A stretch of 60,327 nucleotides of DNA, filler included, from Aduncisulcus paluster (GCA_024181965.1; 5 parts of 5 records of this genome joined end to end with filler, not necessarily neighbours in it), one strand, 5' to 3'; counted from the whole stretch's first letter, positions 10,783 through 22,054 are shown. The notes: generated by a model from the sequence alone, not told the origin. Numbers and translations: made by a program.

Positions 10783-12903
10783 ATGTCTTCCCCAGCTATT
10801 CCAATTATTAGTTCTGACTCAACTAAACGAGTCTTAGTTAAAGGTGACGGTAAACAGCCAAATGGAGAGGAAAGTGAGAGTAGTTCCATGGTTATTGGAA
10901 CGAAAAAAGTTGTTAGAAGTCCCAAGAAGCCATTAAAAACAAGTCTACCTCCTATGGGTTCAACTCCTGGTAATCCCGATGGAACGGTGGCTGTTGTTGA
11001 TAAAAAAAGAGAGCGTAGAAGAAGGAGAAGGACGTCTGTCGAACGGAGAGAACACCACTCAAAGGATGAAGAAACTGCTCAATCGCCGAGTATTTGGAAA
11101 AAAGATCCCATTAAAGGGCCATCAACTTCAACTCCAGGAACTAAATCAAATTTATTATCAATGAAACCGACCTCCAATGCCTTTGGAGCCTCCTTCCGAG
11201 GTATTAATCCAGTGAGAGCGGCTGCTCACGAGAGAGAAAGCCGTAAATTACGCATGAGTGCCATCGCCAAGAGTCCTGCTGGTCCTGAAAAGAAGTCATC
11301 TGTTGCCTTTTCGGATCAAACAAAGAAACCCAATGATCCATCTTCTTCGCTCCCAAGAAAACAAATTATCACCAGCAAAAAGGATAAAGATTTGGCCGTT
11401 CCTGGACCAAATGATAAAAACACTGCTCTAAGCCCCTCTCTTTCGGGAAAACCGAAGGATGATCAGGATAGATCAGGCCCAGCCGGTAGATCTTCTCATT
11501 CAGCCGAAAGGGAGAAAAAGGGACAACAATTCAAGGCTATGGTATCAAAAATGAGCGATAAACAACGTGATTCTGCTCCTCATCAACACAGACAGAGGAA
11601 ATCCGGTCCCATCAAGGGTGTCAACCAATCACCGGTCGTTGAAGTCCGTGCTCCCGTGCCCAGTGGTCTTCACAACCTTTCTTCCCGTTTAGGATTGCTT
11701 GAGCAGTCTTATATGAAACCTATAAGTCTTTTGGCCGAACCTGAAGATGACGCCCCCTCTGTCTGGACACCCAAAAAGGTTGCAGCTCTTATTGGTATTA
11801 TTTTACTGTGTCTTTTGATGCTCCCCGTTGTTCTTTGGGTGTACGCAAGTGCTATCAGTTCATTTGTCAACCATGGGGTCGCTTACATTGATCTGAGTAA
11901 GGTGCGTGCCGAACAACTTGAAGAAGAAGTCTATTTCGGGACCACACTGGTCACTGTCAGTGGTGGTATCATGACGATTGCTCCCGATAGTTCCTCAAGT
12001 GTGATTAAAGCCGAGTCTGGTGAGTTTAACACTGTTTCTGCTACAACCGAATTAAGCACAAAGACTGTGAATACCGATAAAATCTCCATAAGTACAGATT
12101 TAACGCTTGGAAACAGCACTGATGGATATATTACCATGGAGAACACTGCAGATGGTGTTGAAGGTCCTCTATTGACCGTTGAGGGATCTATTGTGACGAA
12201 TAACCTTGAAGTTCTTGAGAAAGTTGAAGCCTTGTCTGTCAGTGCCCAAGCTTTGTCTATATCTCCTACGTATGACGACGGAGATACTGCTATTGCTGGT
12301 TTTAGTGATGATGGACACATTTATGGACAAGGATTGATATTGGGAGATGGAGTTACAAAGCTTACAAGCGAATCTGATGGAGATCGCGGTACGTATGACC
12401 TGATTGTAAGCGATGGTGCCTTGATTAATAACGATTTGATCATTGAGAACAGCTCCGGGGCTGCTGAAGTCACCTTGAATGATACGAGTGTCCCCACAAG
12501 CGTGAATTCTATCAAGATTAGCACAGATCGGAGTTATTTTACGAATGTTACAATATCTGGTGAACTACAAAGTCCCGGTGGTTTGAGTGCTTCTGAGATG
12601 GTTTTGACTGATCTCAAGCTAAAAGCTGATGAAAGTACCCCGTCTCATGTTCCCATGCTCGGTCTTGGAGTGCAGACTGTTAATGATTTCGATTATGATG
12701 ATTTTTCATCCTCTGAATCCCCCTTGAGTCAGTGCACTCAGACGGGACAGATCGTTGTGCTTGTTAAGGGTGGGACCACACCTAATTATGCTGGGTTATA
12801 TATGTGTGTGATGTTTTCTTCCGATAGTTCTTTTCAACTTATCCCCATTTCGAACACTTTTGAGTTCGAAAAGGAAGTTGAAGTGCCCGATTATTCCTCT
12901 TGA
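10783..12903 (+). CDS. Hypothetical type II membrane protein: basic disordered N-terminus, one TM helix, acidic beta-rich C-terminal region
   Basis: 706-aa ORF; TM segment VAALIGIILLCLLMLPVVLWVYA; T/S/V/D/G-rich ectodomain ending in CTQTGQ...LYMCV. Confidence 0.85.
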   Translation: MSSPAIPIISSDSTKRVLVKGDGKQPNGEESESSSMVIGTKKVVRSPKKPLKTSLPPMGSTPGNPDGTVAVVDKKRERRRRRRTSVERREHHSKDEETAQSPSIWKKDPIKGPSTSTPGTKSNLLSMKPTSNAFGASFRGINPVRAAAHERESRKLRMSAIAKSPAGPEKKSSVAFSDQTKKPNDPSSSLPRKQIITSKKDKDLAVPGPNDKNTALSPSLSGKPKDDQDRSGPAGRSSHSAEREKKGQQFKAMVSKMSDKQRDSAPHQHRQRKSGPIKGVNQSPVVEVRAPVPSGLHNLSSRLGLLEQSYMKPISLLAEPEDDAPSVWTPKKVAALIGIILLCLLMLPVVLWVYASAISSFVNHGVAYIDLSKVRAEQLEEEVYFGTTLVTVSGGIMTIAPDSSSSVIKAESGEFNTVSATTELSTKTVNTDKISISTDLTLGNSTDGYITMENTADGVEGPLLTVEGSIVTNNLEVLEKVEALSVSAQALSISPTYDDGDTAIAGFSDDGHIYGQGLILGDGVTKLTSESDGDRGTYDLIVSDGALINNDLIIENSSGAAEVTLNDTSVPTSVNSIKISTDRSYFTNVTISGELQSPGGLSASEMVLTDLKLKADESTPSHVPMLGLGVQTVNDFDYDDFSSSESPLSQCTQTGQIVVLVKGGTTPNYAGLYMCVMFSSDSSFQLIPISNTFEFEKEVEVPDYSS

Positions 12904-13844
12904 GAATCTATATCTAAATTTAGGTTTAGGTTTTGAGTAAGTAATTAAAATTATTATTTTTTTTATTAAACATCATGTAAACATTCCCAAATACACACAA
13001 CTCTCAAGCATTTATCATAATTCTTATCGCATAAAATATATATTATATTATATTATATGTTTTATCAACAATCTCTATCTCTATTCCATTATTCTCTTAT
13101 ATTCTATAACTCTTTCACGTGACATAGATCTATTAATTACTAAGAGATTTATAGATATTTTTTATATATCATAAACGTTTTCACGGCCTTTTCTCCTATA
13201 TTTGTATTTACTTCATTTCTTTAGCTTTTCTTATACTAAAATATTGCAAGATCAGTCATTATTGATGGTCTAAACACACACACACTCTATCTCTCTCTCT
13301 ATCTCTAAAGTTATTATTAAGCTCCACCACTGTTCATAAACCCTTGATTCAAGGCTTGAATCATTCAAGGTTATATATGTTCACTGCTTGGTATCTTTTT
13401 AATTATAACTTTCTATCTGCCTTCTGTTCTTTGTTTGTAGTAAATCATATACACAATCCTAGACTTTGAAAGGGCCAAAGGTTATTACTGGTATGATGGT
13501 ACCAATGCTCTTGACTCAAGGATGTAAATAGAAATTGGAGAAGATCATATATATTATATTATAACATATATCAAAGATCAACAAAGAGAAATAATAAGAG
13601 ACAGTGAGAGAAGGAGAAAGAAGAAGAAATCATTGGTAGTAAAACAATCATCAGTCGTCCAATAATAAGATCTCTCAAAAAATCCAAAAAAAATTAATAC
13701 ATTATATTGAAGTAAATAAAATAAAACATTATAAAATGGTCTCTCTCTCTCTTATCTGACAAAAGAATAGTAGTGATAATGGTATGTAAAGTGAAGTAAA
13801 GAATAAATATCAATAATTAATTAAATTTCTAAAGAAAAAAAAAT

Positions 13845-13878
<34 letters not shown>

Positions 13879-14149
13879 GAGGAAATAATATAAAATATAT
13901 AATTAAGAAAATGTCAAAAGAAAAGTGTATTTCAATAAAATGAGAATATCCGAGAACAATACAGTACATTATACCAATTCAAATTGTAAATAAAAAGGTT
14001 CCGAAAACACATATGTTGTGAGATCAAGTTACACCGAAACACTGTATTTGTGTCTACTATATATAGTCGTAATCATATAATAGTTCAAACTAAGTTTTTT
14101 TTTTTTTTTTTCTCTCACACGCTTCGTGCACACTTCATTAATTGTACTT

Positions 14150-16546
14150 TCAAAGCTCGATGTGGGGTCTTTGAAGCTTGTCAAGGATAATGTAAACAAC
14201 CACACAGACACAAAGGATAAGTTCAAGGATAACTGGAATGATGAAATTACCAGATCCAATCTTCTCGGCTTCAGCACATTGATAATAAATGGCAGGAAGA
14301 CCTCCACAACCACATAACATTCCCACTACGGCTATAGCAATACAAGCACTGATTCCTGCTCCCTTGCATCTTGGATCAATGCCAGAGAGAAGTGAATGAG
14401 TGAGTAAAATGGCAGGAACCGAACAGACAAGGGCGGAGAAGGCGGCAGCAAGCATAATAATCGGTAATACGCTAAGAATTTCATAGGATAAACTCTGAAT
14501 AAACACTGGAATAATGTTACAAATGACAGTGAAAGGTAAGAAAAAGCAAGGAAGGACATATCCACTCCACAGTAACATAAGACACAATCCACATCCAATG
14601 AACATTCCCATACATTCGCATGTCATAACATTTTGATATACAGAAGCCTTTAATTCCATAATTTCAGTTTCATTCTGGACAAACGAAGGGATATCGAGGT
14701 ATCTACAATATTCATCGTCTGGTACAAACATCAGATAGAGTTGAACAGTGGTTTGTTGTGTTCCTAAAATAGCACATAGGCACATTAACATGAATATTTT
14801 GAGGAGTTGAGTCGGACCTCTCTCAAAGAAATGAGAAAATAGATTCACTGAGGGAGATTTGAGTTGCAGAGTAGGTTCATGATTACCTAACAAGGATATG
14901 GGGTGATCCACTTTGCTATTGCTCCTCTGTTCCTCAAATATAGCTCCAGACTCAGTCCTAGAAGGCACTGGAGTAACTTGTTGTGAAGCAGAACGACCAT
15001 CAATAAGTTTTGATTGAAGTTGATGATCTCCTTCACTTTTATCATCATCGACTCCTTGTGTTGGTTGAAGTGATGTTGTATGGGCACCAAAAGGAACACT
15101 AGAAGCTTGGACTTCCATGACATCCACAGGCATTTCCACATCATGTTCATCCACACTGTCACCAAGAAGACCTTGTCCATCAGAGGCACCACTCAAGGTA
15201 ACTGGACTCACCATCTCAATATCTTTATGAGGGCCTGACGAGCAAGAGGAGGAGGAAGAGGAAGAGGAAGAGGAAGAGGAGGAATTACTGGATCCAGTGA
15301 ATTTGTGTGTGTCAGGAGTGATCTGTGTCTTACGCATGAAAAGACCAGTAGAAATCGACAGATTCAATACAGTCATGCGTCCTCTGTTCATTTCTTCCAT
15401 TATTCGATACTCTGGAGTAGTCTCACGAGTGAAGAAGACAACGACAGCACCAATAATGAGATATGCAAGGAGAATACCACCGAAACTGGCAGATACAGAG
15501 GAGGCAGAGAGATGAATATCATTAGAGGAGAGCAAGAAACTCGATAGAATACCGGTACAGCCGAAAATAAGGGCAGAACCGGCAGTACGGCTGTGTGGAT
15601 GGAACATGTCACACACAATAAGGGTAGAAATTGCAACAATACCGGCTCCACCGAAATATGTTAGGATTTCATAGATAAACATTTGTTTGTAGGGACATCC
15701 TTCGAAATGAATGAATATACCAGCGAAAGCAAGAATTCCGAGAAGCGCAATGTCACAAACGTAGGACAATTTCCTTCCAAACCGATCAGCAATGAATGAG
15801 AAAGTAATAGCTCCCAAAATAGAACCAATACCGTTGATTAGAACAGTGACAGGGACGAAATAAGCACCACGTTGTTCGGCTACGACCTGAGTATACCCAA
15901 CGATGTGCAATATTCTAATGACAAGGAAGAGAGTGAGACAAATAGCGAAGCACCAACCCAATCCAAGGGATAGGGTTTGTTTCTGGAAAGATAAGGCCGT
16001 TTCTTTGCCGAGAACATGGTCTTCGGGGCCATCAGCGATTATTCCAATTGGATCAAGACCTAAAGTTGTCAAGGAATGAGCAACAAGTTTGGGAGAATAA
16101 ACTTCACACAAATCAGTTTTTGTAGGCTTATATACATAAAAACTCTTAAAATTGGAAACTAAATATTTCAGAGCGTTTGCTAAAGCATGAGTAGCATGTT
16201 CGAGTGTTATGCTAGGATCATTTTCAGCATATTTCTGGACTGTTGACATTGTCACGCAGCCAGCAGAAATGAGAATACTATAAGATCCCGCAGAGCGGTT
16301 TGACGAGGGAACAATCCTAAATGGAATCAATTTGGCGAGGTCATCGATGAAACAACTGGATGATTGGATAGCATTCAACGGATTGAATGATACAATTGAA
16401 TAATAAGGCATCTTTTCATGGTAGTTTGCTAATTTGTGCATAAAACTTTGGCAATATGTTATGCTATTAGCAAAGGACTTAGCTCTAGGAGGCATTTCCA
16501 ATGTGGAAGACACAAATAGACCGCGGATATGATCAATTACCCTCAT
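14150..16546 (-). CDS. Major facilitator superfamily transporter
   Basis: 798 aa; two bundles of hydrophobic helices separated by a long polar loop; MFS motif A (FIADRFGRK). Confidence 0.85.
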   Translation of the reverse strand: MRVIDHIRGLFVSSTLEMPPRAKSFANSITYCQSFMHKLANYHEKMPYYSIVSFNPLNAIQSSSCFIDDLAKLIPFRIVPSSNRSAGSYSILISAGCVTMSTVQKYAENDPSITLEHATHALANALKYLVSNFKSFYVYKPTKTDLCEVYSPKLVAHSLTTLGLDPIGIIADGPEDHVLGKETALSFQKQTLSLGLGWCFAICLTLFLVIRILHIVGYTQVVAEQRGAYFVPVTVLINGIGSILGAITFSFIADRFGRKLSYVCDIALLGILAFAGIFIHFEGCPYKQMFIYEILTYFGGAGIVAISTLIVCDMFHPHSRTAGSALIFGCTGILSSFLLSSNDIHLSASSVSASFGGILLAYLIIGAVVVFFTRETTPEYRIMEEMNRGRMTVLNLSISTGLFMRKTQITPDTHKFTGSSNSSSSSSSSSSSSSCSSGPHKDIEMVSPVTLSGASDGQGLLGDSVDEHDVEMPVDVMEVQASSVPFGAHTTSLQPTQGVDDDKSEGDHQLQSKLIDGRSASQQVTPVPSRTESGAIFEEQRSNSKVDHPISLLGNHEPTLQLKSPSVNLFSHFFERGPTQLLKIFMLMCLCAILGTQQTTVQLYLMFVPDDEYCRYLDIPSFVQNETEIMELKASVYQNVMTCECMGMFIGCGLCLMLLWSGYVLPCFFLPFTVICNIIPVFIQSLSYEILSVLPIIMLAAAFSALVCSVPAILLTHSLLSGIDPRCKGAGISACIAIAVVGMLCGCGGLPAIYYQCAEAEKIGSGNFIIPVILELILCVCVVVYIILDKLQRPHIEL

Positions 16547-16841
16547 AATAATATTATTGGCTAATATTAAAAAGAAATTCTGAAATCTTTAATTCCGGGT
16601 TGTTGCCAACGAAAGTAAGAACCCACGCGAAAAATAAAAAGCTGATTTCTTAAATAAAGACAAATCATTTAATTTAGAATTTTTGGATTTGAATCTGACA
16701 AAATGAAATTAAAAAAAAGTGGAGTTTTCATTCATAATCACCCTGAAGGAATGATTTCCATTTTTTTGCAACAATAGAGATCTTTCAAATATTTTGAGGT
16801 GATTTTTCTGCGTTTTTATTCATTTATTATAGCAAAATATA

Positions 16842-18053
16842 ATGTCTAAATTCACTGTAGCCCCTCAAGAAGACATAGAAAAACCTCATGTCTGTAATCG
16901 CCCCTGTTATCCCAAGATAAGGAAAGAGAAGGACTGTGATGATAAATGTTGCCCTATATGCACTGTTGTGTTTGTTATTATTTTAATTCTTTGGCTTATC
17001 ATTGCAGGTTGTATATTTGGTGTCCCTTACATCTCCAACTCGAAAGTTACTACCGGCATTCTATATTTTATAACCATATATGCAGGTGGAGCTGCCCTAG
17101 TTAACTATTTATTCACTTGGCTGACAGATCCTGGAACACCACCTCATGCTTCGACAATGATGAGAGAATTCATAAATCCAAAGGATGAAACTGCTTCTAC
17201 TGGTGAAGATAATCCCGTTGCGATTGAGTCTAGAGTTATTCCACATGCTGAACAGCAAGCAAACGAGCACGCCATGACCACACTGTTGTCGGATGATCAC
17301 GATCCTGCTCTTCCTTCAAATTCCGATAAACCGCCACCTGGAAGCTCCCCGAACGAGATAATACATGGATCTGCTGGTCCAAAGCACAAGAATGGCATGT
17401 ATTCATCGAGTATTTTTGAAGATGAAGAAGTTGATTTTCCAGCCAAATTTGGTCGCTATCCTGTGTGTGAAAAATGCAAGAGATTGAGGGCTGATAGGAC
17501 CCACCATTGCAGAACATGTGGTAAATGTTGCTATGTATTCGATCATCATTGCGTATGGGTCGGTAATTGTGTCGGATTGATGAATTATGGTTATTTTTAT
17601 AGATTTCTATTTTGGTCCGTTATAGGATGCATTTGGGTTACAGTAATCGTGTTTCTGCCTCTTATTTTGTGCAGTTCGAATGAAGATCTACCCCAGTGCG
17701 AAGGCTATAATTATACTTTCATTCTATTTGTGGAAATGTTCTCAATCGGTCTATCTTTGAGTATCGGAATGCTATGTTGTTCCCATTCCTCGTATCTCTG
17801 CAGTAATAGTACAACGTTAGAGACCTTGGCCAGGCAGAGGAAGAAGAGACTTCAACAAAGGGGTGCCATGACGGATGAAGAGTATTATGATCTTGGGTGT
17901 CAAGGGAATGTAAAAGTTTCTCTCGGGAAATATTGGTTCTTAACATTCATGGTTCCATTCATTCCGGTGATATATGACGATAGACTAATGAATTTATATA
18001 GAGTTGAATTAGATTCTTTTAAAAGAAGGGGAGATCCAACAATTTCCGCTTAG
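16842..18053 (+). CDS. DHHC-type protein S-palmitoyltransferase
   Basis: CEKC...RTHHCRTCGKCCYVFDHHCVWVGNCVG Cys-rich domain, TDPG and TTLE motifs, 4 TM helices. Confidence 0.96.
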   Translation: MSKFTVAPQEDIEKPHVCNRPCYPKIRKEKDCDDKCCPICTVVFVIILILWLIIAGCIFGVPYISNSKVTTGILYFITIYAGGAALVNYLFTWLTDPGTPPHASTMMREFINPKDETASTGEDNPVAIESRVIPHAEQQANEHAMTTLLSDDHDPALPSNSDKPPPGSSPNEIIHGSAGPKHKNGMYSSSIFEDEEVDFPAKFGRYPVCEKCKRLRADRTHHCRTCGKCCYVFDHHCVWVGNCVGLMNYGYFYRFLFWSVIGCIWVTVIVFLPLILCSSNEDLPQCEGYNYTFILFVEMFSIGLSLSIGMLCCSHSSYLCSNSTTLETLARQRKKRLQQRGAMTDEEYYDLGCQGNVKVSLGKYWFLTFMVPFIPVIYDDRLMNLYRVELDSFKRRGDPTISA

Positions 18054-18217
18054 AGGGTACTATAATTGCCATTTCACATTTTTGACAGATAAATAAAATT
18101 TTTTGAATTCAATGAGGATTATTTTATGTTTAAATTCAGGGTTTATTGTTCAAATTGAAAGAATGAAGAAAAGGCTTGAAAATCATTGTGATTTGATCCA
18201 TATCTGGAGATATTATT

Positions 18218-19136
18218 ATGCGTATGTTGTTAAATATATTATACATATTAAATTTTGATGGGAACGATTTCCATTATTTTATGATTTCCCTCTATTTCTT
18301 ACTTCCCAATATTATCCATTTTTCCAGCAAGTTCCCCATATACTGATATCGAGTTTTGTGGTGCTGACTTCCCACAAGTCCCACGTACAGAGTTCATTCC
18401 CCTCAGAACGGATAATTTATCTTCTACGGCCTTGGTTGAAGGATTTTCTCGTGCTTCTATTCGTAAAATGGTCACCAGCAACACTTTTTGTAGTTTTAGT
18501 CGTTTTACTCTTCAATTCTTTAATCCTAAACACATTGGGATTGTTTATTTACGTATTCCTGGTAGTACCGCTGCTATAAAGAAGCTCCAAGTCCGTATTC
18601 ACTCCAAAAAGGATATATTCACCGTTAAATTCCACAATAGACTCCCTCAAGGTGGATGGATTGCCATTCCTATCAACGAGATTAGTGTTTCTCGTGTTGA
18701 GTTTATTAAAGAGAGTGATTACGGTGCTGGGCATTTCTCTGTTGGTGGAATAGCTGTAAGGAAGCTCGATAGTGACAGTGTACTCGGTAGAATGGATGAT
18801 CGTAAGGAAACTGAGCTTGAGATCCATCGCGAAATGTTGCTCCGCTGTTTCCCTGATCTTGTCTACGTCAAACAGCTTAAGGAAGACGTTGATGGGGCTT
18901 CTGCTCTTCACACGAGGCAAGATGAGGAAATTAAGAAGTTGCAAGACGAGTTGAAAGTCGTGCAAGAAGAATATTCTTCATTCAAGGCTGAAACTGAGAA
19001 GAAGATGGCCATTTATGAACAAATTATTCGTACAATGAAAGGGGCTCAACTGAAAAGCCTTGAGAAACAGATTGACGCCATTGCTAAACACAAAGATGGT
19101 CTTGCCTCAGATCTTGAGCTTTGGAAAGCTATTTAA
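18218..19136 (+). CDS. Hypothetical protein: lineage-specific beta-rich domain plus C-terminal coiled coil; spliced join(18218..18221,18328..19136)
   Basis: ATGC|GTATGT...TTTCCAG|CAAGT gives MPSSPYTDIEF..., in frame with the track ORF that begins at a TTG (18432). Confidence 0.75.
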
Positions 19137-19917
19137 TCACTAAAAATAGATTGCTTGAGAATATAAAGGGTTCATTGACAGCATGACCGTTTTAATTGTA
19201 TTCTTATAAATTTCATTTTTGTAATTTCATAGACCTTTATATTTTTATTTTTATTTTTATTCTTTTGTAAGTATCGCTCTCTCTCTCTCTCTCTCTCTCT
19301 CTTGCATTGGGCATTGATTCATGGAAACTAATATCATAGATGGATATTATTATGTACCGTTCTCTCTCATGTGGTCTAAAAATAGAACACTTCAAAAAAA
19401 AAAGAGCCTAACAAATGGGCTTATTAGCATCTTTTATTGGATTTGACGAATTTTCTTGTTCTCTTCTTTCTTATAGATGGGGTAGGAATTTATTATTATT
19501 CTCTTTCACGATGATATTCATCTGTATTGATCATACAGTATGTCGTGAAAAAAAAAGTCTTGGACAAACAGTTAAAAATACCAAACAAAACAATGAAAAA
19601 AAAAAAAAAAGTAAAACAAAAAGAGAAAGGAGATGATGATTATTATCCATTTTGAATCAATATTTCTTATCTTATTGTCCAACATATATGAAATGATATG
19701 TTGTTCTAAAAATAGCAAATTTTCAAAATGGAAGGGAAATGAACAGGAAAAACAAAATAAAAAGAAATTTAAAATATAATTATGCTAAATTATATCATAA
19801 AACAATATTTGAATAAAAAAAATACAAATATTGTCAACGTTCGAACCAAAAAAAAAAAAAAAAAAGAAAAAGTATTATCAAAAACTCATAATAAAGGGGG
19901 CTAATATCAAAAGAAAA

Positions 19918-20780
19918 TCACCAAATTCCCCTCTTTTTTTGTAATCTTCGTGCTTCTCTGAGATCATCAACACCCTTTTCAATATCTATTCCAGCTTCAG
20001 TCACAGTTTCAACGATACGATCAATATCAAGACCTTGGTCATCCACAATCTGACCGAAAGATCTCATGGCGGCATGCAATGCAGCAATTGAATGCTGTAC
20101 ATTCAGCACACCTTCAGCTCTCTCATCCACGCGATCCACAAGACTATCCACTTCCATCTCTTGGACTTCATGTTCCCATTCGTCAAATTCATCATCATAT
20201 CTGTCCTCATGCATGGATTCATGGGTTGCCATTATTCCTCTATCACGCAAAATATCCATAGGGGAACGATCAAGCTCAATCAAAATCTTCTTTCTGGCAG
20301 TGGATTTCTCTCCTTGCCAATCAATAAGATTATCCTTCAAACGAGTCAAACCAGTTCTTTGAGTGGCAGAGATAGTCCGTAAATGTGAAGAAACAAAGTC
20401 GTCAGCCTTCATAACAGAGCATTCAGTTGTCTGAGGGAATTATCGAAAAGACGGTTATATTGACGCTTCTTAGATTCATAATCGGTTAATGAAACATCCA
20501 ATTTTTTCTCGAAAACTTCTTTAATATATTTATCCTTCAAGATACGAAGATTAGTAAGAGTTTGTTGTAATGTTCTGCTATGACGATCACAATTCGAAGT
20601 AACCATTTCCCACCATTTGTCTGAACTCATTTCTTGGTGAGAAGGAATGACATCAGTCCCGTAAGTGGGATTACTAGAGGTCAGAGGACTTGAGACGACA
20701 CGAGCTTCGGCAACAGTAATTTTATGTCCATATTTACCGAAGCCAGAAAAAGTCGGACCATTCATATCGGCAAATGACAT
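19918..20780 (-). CDS. Syntaxin-like (Qa-SNARE, Stx16/Tlg2-like) gene split into two ORFs overlapping by ATGA; no TM anchor in frame
   Basis: Downstream ORF has a SNARE motif (ER..GVLNVQHSIAALHAAMRSFGQIVDDQGLDIDRI..TV......IEKGVDDLREA). Upstream ORF is helical and Habc-like. Frames switch at 20409-20412. Confidence 0.7.
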
Positions 20781-20960
20781 TGTATTATTTCTTTAATGTG
20801 ATTCAAGAGGGATGTTCTAAGATTCTGTGACTTAATTGACGAAATATATCTATTGAATGTATACTAATAACCAATAAATAATATTTTTTAGGCAATTGTT
20901 AATTTTATTTGGATTTTTCATCATCACATCATCCAAAATCGAATGTTGTTATTCGGGCTT

Positions 20961-21374
20961 TTATTCTTTGAGTTTGGCATATTCTTCATCCGTCACAGGC
21001 TCTTTCCATTCTACGGTCCCATCTTTGGCAGGAACATTGATTGCAATGTGAGAGAACCAACTATCTTTTGTTGCACCATGCCAGTGGTTAGTTCCAGCAG
21101 GGATCTCGACAACATCTCCGGGCTTTAGCAGACGAGGAGGTTTTCCTTCCTCTTGGTACCATCCAAAACCAGCGGTACAAAACAAAACTTGGCCACCTTT
21201 GTGATGAACATGCCAGTTATTCCTACAGCCTGGTTCAAAGGTTACATTAAAGGACAAGAGACCAATATCCTTAGAAAGGATGGATAAGTAACTGTCTCCG
21301 ATAAAATATTGCTTGTATGCTTCATTTTTAATCCCTAAGGGGAAAATAGGGTCAATATCCATCTTATCGCTCAT
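20961..21374 (-). CDS. Cupin-domain protein of prokaryotic type
   Basis: NVTFEPGCRNNWHVHHKGGQ and PGDVVEIPAGTNHWHGA cupin motifs; likely start ATG 21374 (MSDKMDIDPIFPLG). Confidence 0.92.
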   Translation of the reverse strand: MSDKMDIDPIFPLGIKNEAYKQYFIGDSYLSILSKDIGLLSFNVTFEPGCRNNWHVHHKGGQVLFCTAGFGWYQEEGKPPRLLKPGDVVEIPAGTNHWHGATKDSWFSHIAINVPAKDGTVEWKEPVTDEEYAKLKE

Positions 21375-21954
21375 TTGTTTGAGAAATTTAAACTTTAATA
21401 AAATGTTCGGAACAAAAATAGTAAATATTTGTTGTTCATGGAAAATGATAGAACGCAATCATTCAGGAGAAAATGATTCGAAAAAAAATTATCTAACATT
21501 AAAACAATCAAAAAAAAGGGGGAAATTACTTCCAGATATAATCGACTATATCATTTTATCTCAATATAAAAACGAAAAGGTAGATCCACCTTGTTGTTAG
21601 CTTTCAAAATCGAAAGTTTGTATTATCTTCGTTAGTGGTGCATATTTGATATTTTTATCGGGTCCAAAATATATATAATAATGTTTATTATCAAATAAGC
21701 CGATCTAAAAACCTGAATTCATATTATATCAAAATTTCAGACAGGAATGTTCCCAAAGACATTATTGACTTCACTCAATGTAAAAAAATATGTTTAAATT
21801 TTCTTTATCTCGATTTGATAAATATATTTGTGATGATTCCACCAGACTTTTTGCGAATATTCGAAGGTCAATTTGTAAAATTGTGTCTCGGAGTCATTCT
21901 CAATTTGTTTTGTTCCATAAGTTTGTGTTTATTGTATCTAAAAAGGGAGAATCC

Positions 21955-22054
21955 NNNNNNNNNNNNNNNNNNNNNNNNNNNNNNNNNNNNNNNNNNNNTT
22001 AATTAATTAANNNNNNNNNNNNNNNNNNNNNNNNNNNNNNNNNNNNNNNNNNNN
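21955..22054. other. Artificial contig spacer N44-TTAATTAATTAA-N44
   Basis: 100 nt; six-frame stop linker at 21999-22010. Confidence 0.97.

Noticed and set aside
13346-13364. TGATTCAAG-G-CTTGAATCA palindrome in an intergenic region
   Set aside because: Isolated short inverted repeat in AT-rich DNA with no supporting context
13849-13876. Long poly-A tracts as retroposon tails (also 19848-19865, 30841-30866)
   Set aside because: No target-site duplications or adjacent RT sequence; homopolymers are common in these AT-rich spacers
21999-22010. Recurrent TTAATTAATTAA palindrome as a regulatory or recombination site
   Set aside because: Always centred in N44 runs; it is a synthetic six-frame stop linker
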